From: Octopus sinensis
Taxonomy: Eukaryota
Assembly (NCBI RefSeq): GCF_006345805.1
Contig: NC_043003.1
Span: 48,236,001-48,300,000 of the forward strand
DNA: 64,000 bases
Direction of reading: 5' to 3'
Below the pieces are notes generated by a model, which did no database searches, had not been told where the DNA came from, and worked only from the letters and a program-made list of their open reading frames with translations. Of the stretch, positions 62,576-64,000 are shown piece by piece. The position numbers and the translations under genes were made by a program. Within the stretch, counting starts at the first letter, position 1; the number at the start of each line of letters is the position of its first letter.

Positions 62576-62814
62576 GGCTTCCATTTAGTTTCTGTGTACC
62601 CACTATTGCTCACAAGGCTTGAATCCACCTGAGTCTATAATATAACTCACTTTCCCAAGTCGCATTGTAGAAAGAACCCAGTTCTTATGATTATGAGCTA
62701 ATTTTTTTTATTTTTTTTACTTCTATGTTACATCTGCATAAAGCAATATATCTACCCCAACACGTTTTGCCCAACATTCTAGTGATTCTATGAGGAACTG
62801 TAAGGATATAATAA

Positions 62815-63240
62815 TAATAATGAAATTATTGTATACAGTGCTCAGGTGCACCACAACTTGTCAAAAAGTGCACATAAAGCATATGCAGTAATGTACAAAT
62901 GTCTGGAAAGTGAACAGTGTATGAGTCAGATACATGCTTGCGTGTGTATGGAGGGAAGAAAATCAGGTGTAGTGTTGGCGAATCTCAGGAAGCATGAAAG
63001 TTTTGAAGGATGCAGTGCTCCGACAATTAACAACTGATGCCAACAGTCTGTTCTATGCTTCAGCAACTCTTAGCGTGAAAAAATGTTTCCGAAAGTCATG
63101 GGAGCTGTGTTGTTTTCTGACTTTGTAAACATGACCACGGGTGTTAGACAGGTAGAGTTTGAAAAGATGCTCAGAGTTATTGTTTGTAAGATGGTTATAT
63201 ATAAAGGGATGTAGCAGAAAGGGAACCAAGAACATAAAAG
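62815..63240 (-). mobile_element. CR1-group LINE 3' end
   Basis: Minus strand LFKL..SNTRGHVYKVRKQ....FRKHFFTLRVAEA*NRL.ASVV...S.ASFK. Confidence 0.75.
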
Positions 63241-63407
63241 GATGGAGTGTTAAATGTCATACCAAATTCTGTTTGCCGCTATACTGAATCCTCTGATAGA
63301 TTTCCTTATTGAAGCTTAATAATAAATTTTTTCTCTTTCTCTTCTATTTCTGCTCGGTACATCATTGCAACTATTACATTAAACAACTTTGCTATTTACT
63401 ACCAAAG

Positions 63408-63486
63408 ACAAAGTTTAACTGACACGATAAGGTCAAAAGAAAAGACATTGTCTGCTGATGTATGGCTTCGCTCAAATGTACAAGGG
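63408..63486 (+). CDS. Host gene coding exon 4 (79 nt, phase 2-0)
   Basis: Acceptor ...TTTACTACCAAAG (weak, AAG); strong donor GG|GTAAGT; continues the frame as (I)QSLTDTIRSKEKTLSADVWLRSNVQG. Confidence 0.6.
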
Positions 63487-63605
63487 GTAAGTTATTTTCT
63501 GATGATAAATATCACAGTTAAGCTTTCTATGATGTATCACCTTTAAGTATGGTACGCAGATTGTTATTTTAAACTAATGCTATTTTTGTTGCACAAAGTG
63601 AATAC

Positions 63606-63847
63606 ATATAATTGTATGTTTTTATACGGTACTATTAGTTTTATGTGGTGAAAACATACCAGACAGTATTTTTTAACACGTCTGGTGTCTCAGTGGAGTC
63701 TTCATGCACTGCCCACATAACACAACAACGCATGGTATGTGGGCAGTGTGTGAAGATTGTGCTGAGACACCAGACATGTTAAAAAATACTGTCTGGCATA
63801 CTTTTATCACATGAAACTAATAATAGCACATAAAACATACATTATAT
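63606..63847. repeat. Long imperfect inverted repeat (about 114-bp arms, 16-nt loop)
   Basis: CCAGACAGTATTTTTTAACACGTCTGGTGTCTCAG...CACTGCCCACATA / TATGTGGGCAGTG...CTGAGACACCAGACATGTTAAAAAATACTGTCTGG. No clear TSD. Confidence 0.9.
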
Positions 63848-64000
63848 TTGTTAAACAATATTTGTCTCTCACCAGATGGAGCACATTGTTTGTTGATCTT
63901 AGCATCATCGAACAGTACACTGTATATATACATATAAACTATATATTGCTCTGTATCTATGTATTAGTTTCTTTGTATATATCTATGTATCTCTCTTTAT

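Overview
AT-rich, repeat-saturated animal genomic DNA. It is most likely from an octopus (coleoid cephalopod), inferred from the SINE families and microsatellite load. There are no prokaryotic features. One host gene can be reconstructed on the + strand: four coding exons (35954-35996, 52442-52582, 57844-58096, 63408-63486) with canonical GT-AG sites and compatible phases, giving an open 172-aa N-terminus. From memory it resembles the cytoplasmic N-terminus of TMC (transmembrane channel-like, TMC5/7-type) proteins; the gene continues beyond the window. The rest is transposable elements and simple repeats. These include three tRNA-headed SINE families and decayed LINEs of several groups: RTE (one near full length), R4/Dong-like and HERO-like RLE elements, Tx1/L1-like, CR1-like and Penelope-like. 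There is also one full-length dead mariner, plus MITEs with Merlin-, piggyBac-, pogo- and mariner-type ends, and a 55-bp minisatellite. The most notable unexplained structures are several decayed minimal hammerhead-ribozyme motifs in short elements among (TA)n tracts, an 808-bp fold-back element with an 8-bp TSD, an RTE copy with twin-priming geometry, and hairpin arrays in the RTE 3' UTR. Coordinates were read by eye: quoted motif and TSD positions should be close to exact, while boundaries of decayed repeats are approximate. Family assignments come from remembered motifs, not database searches.
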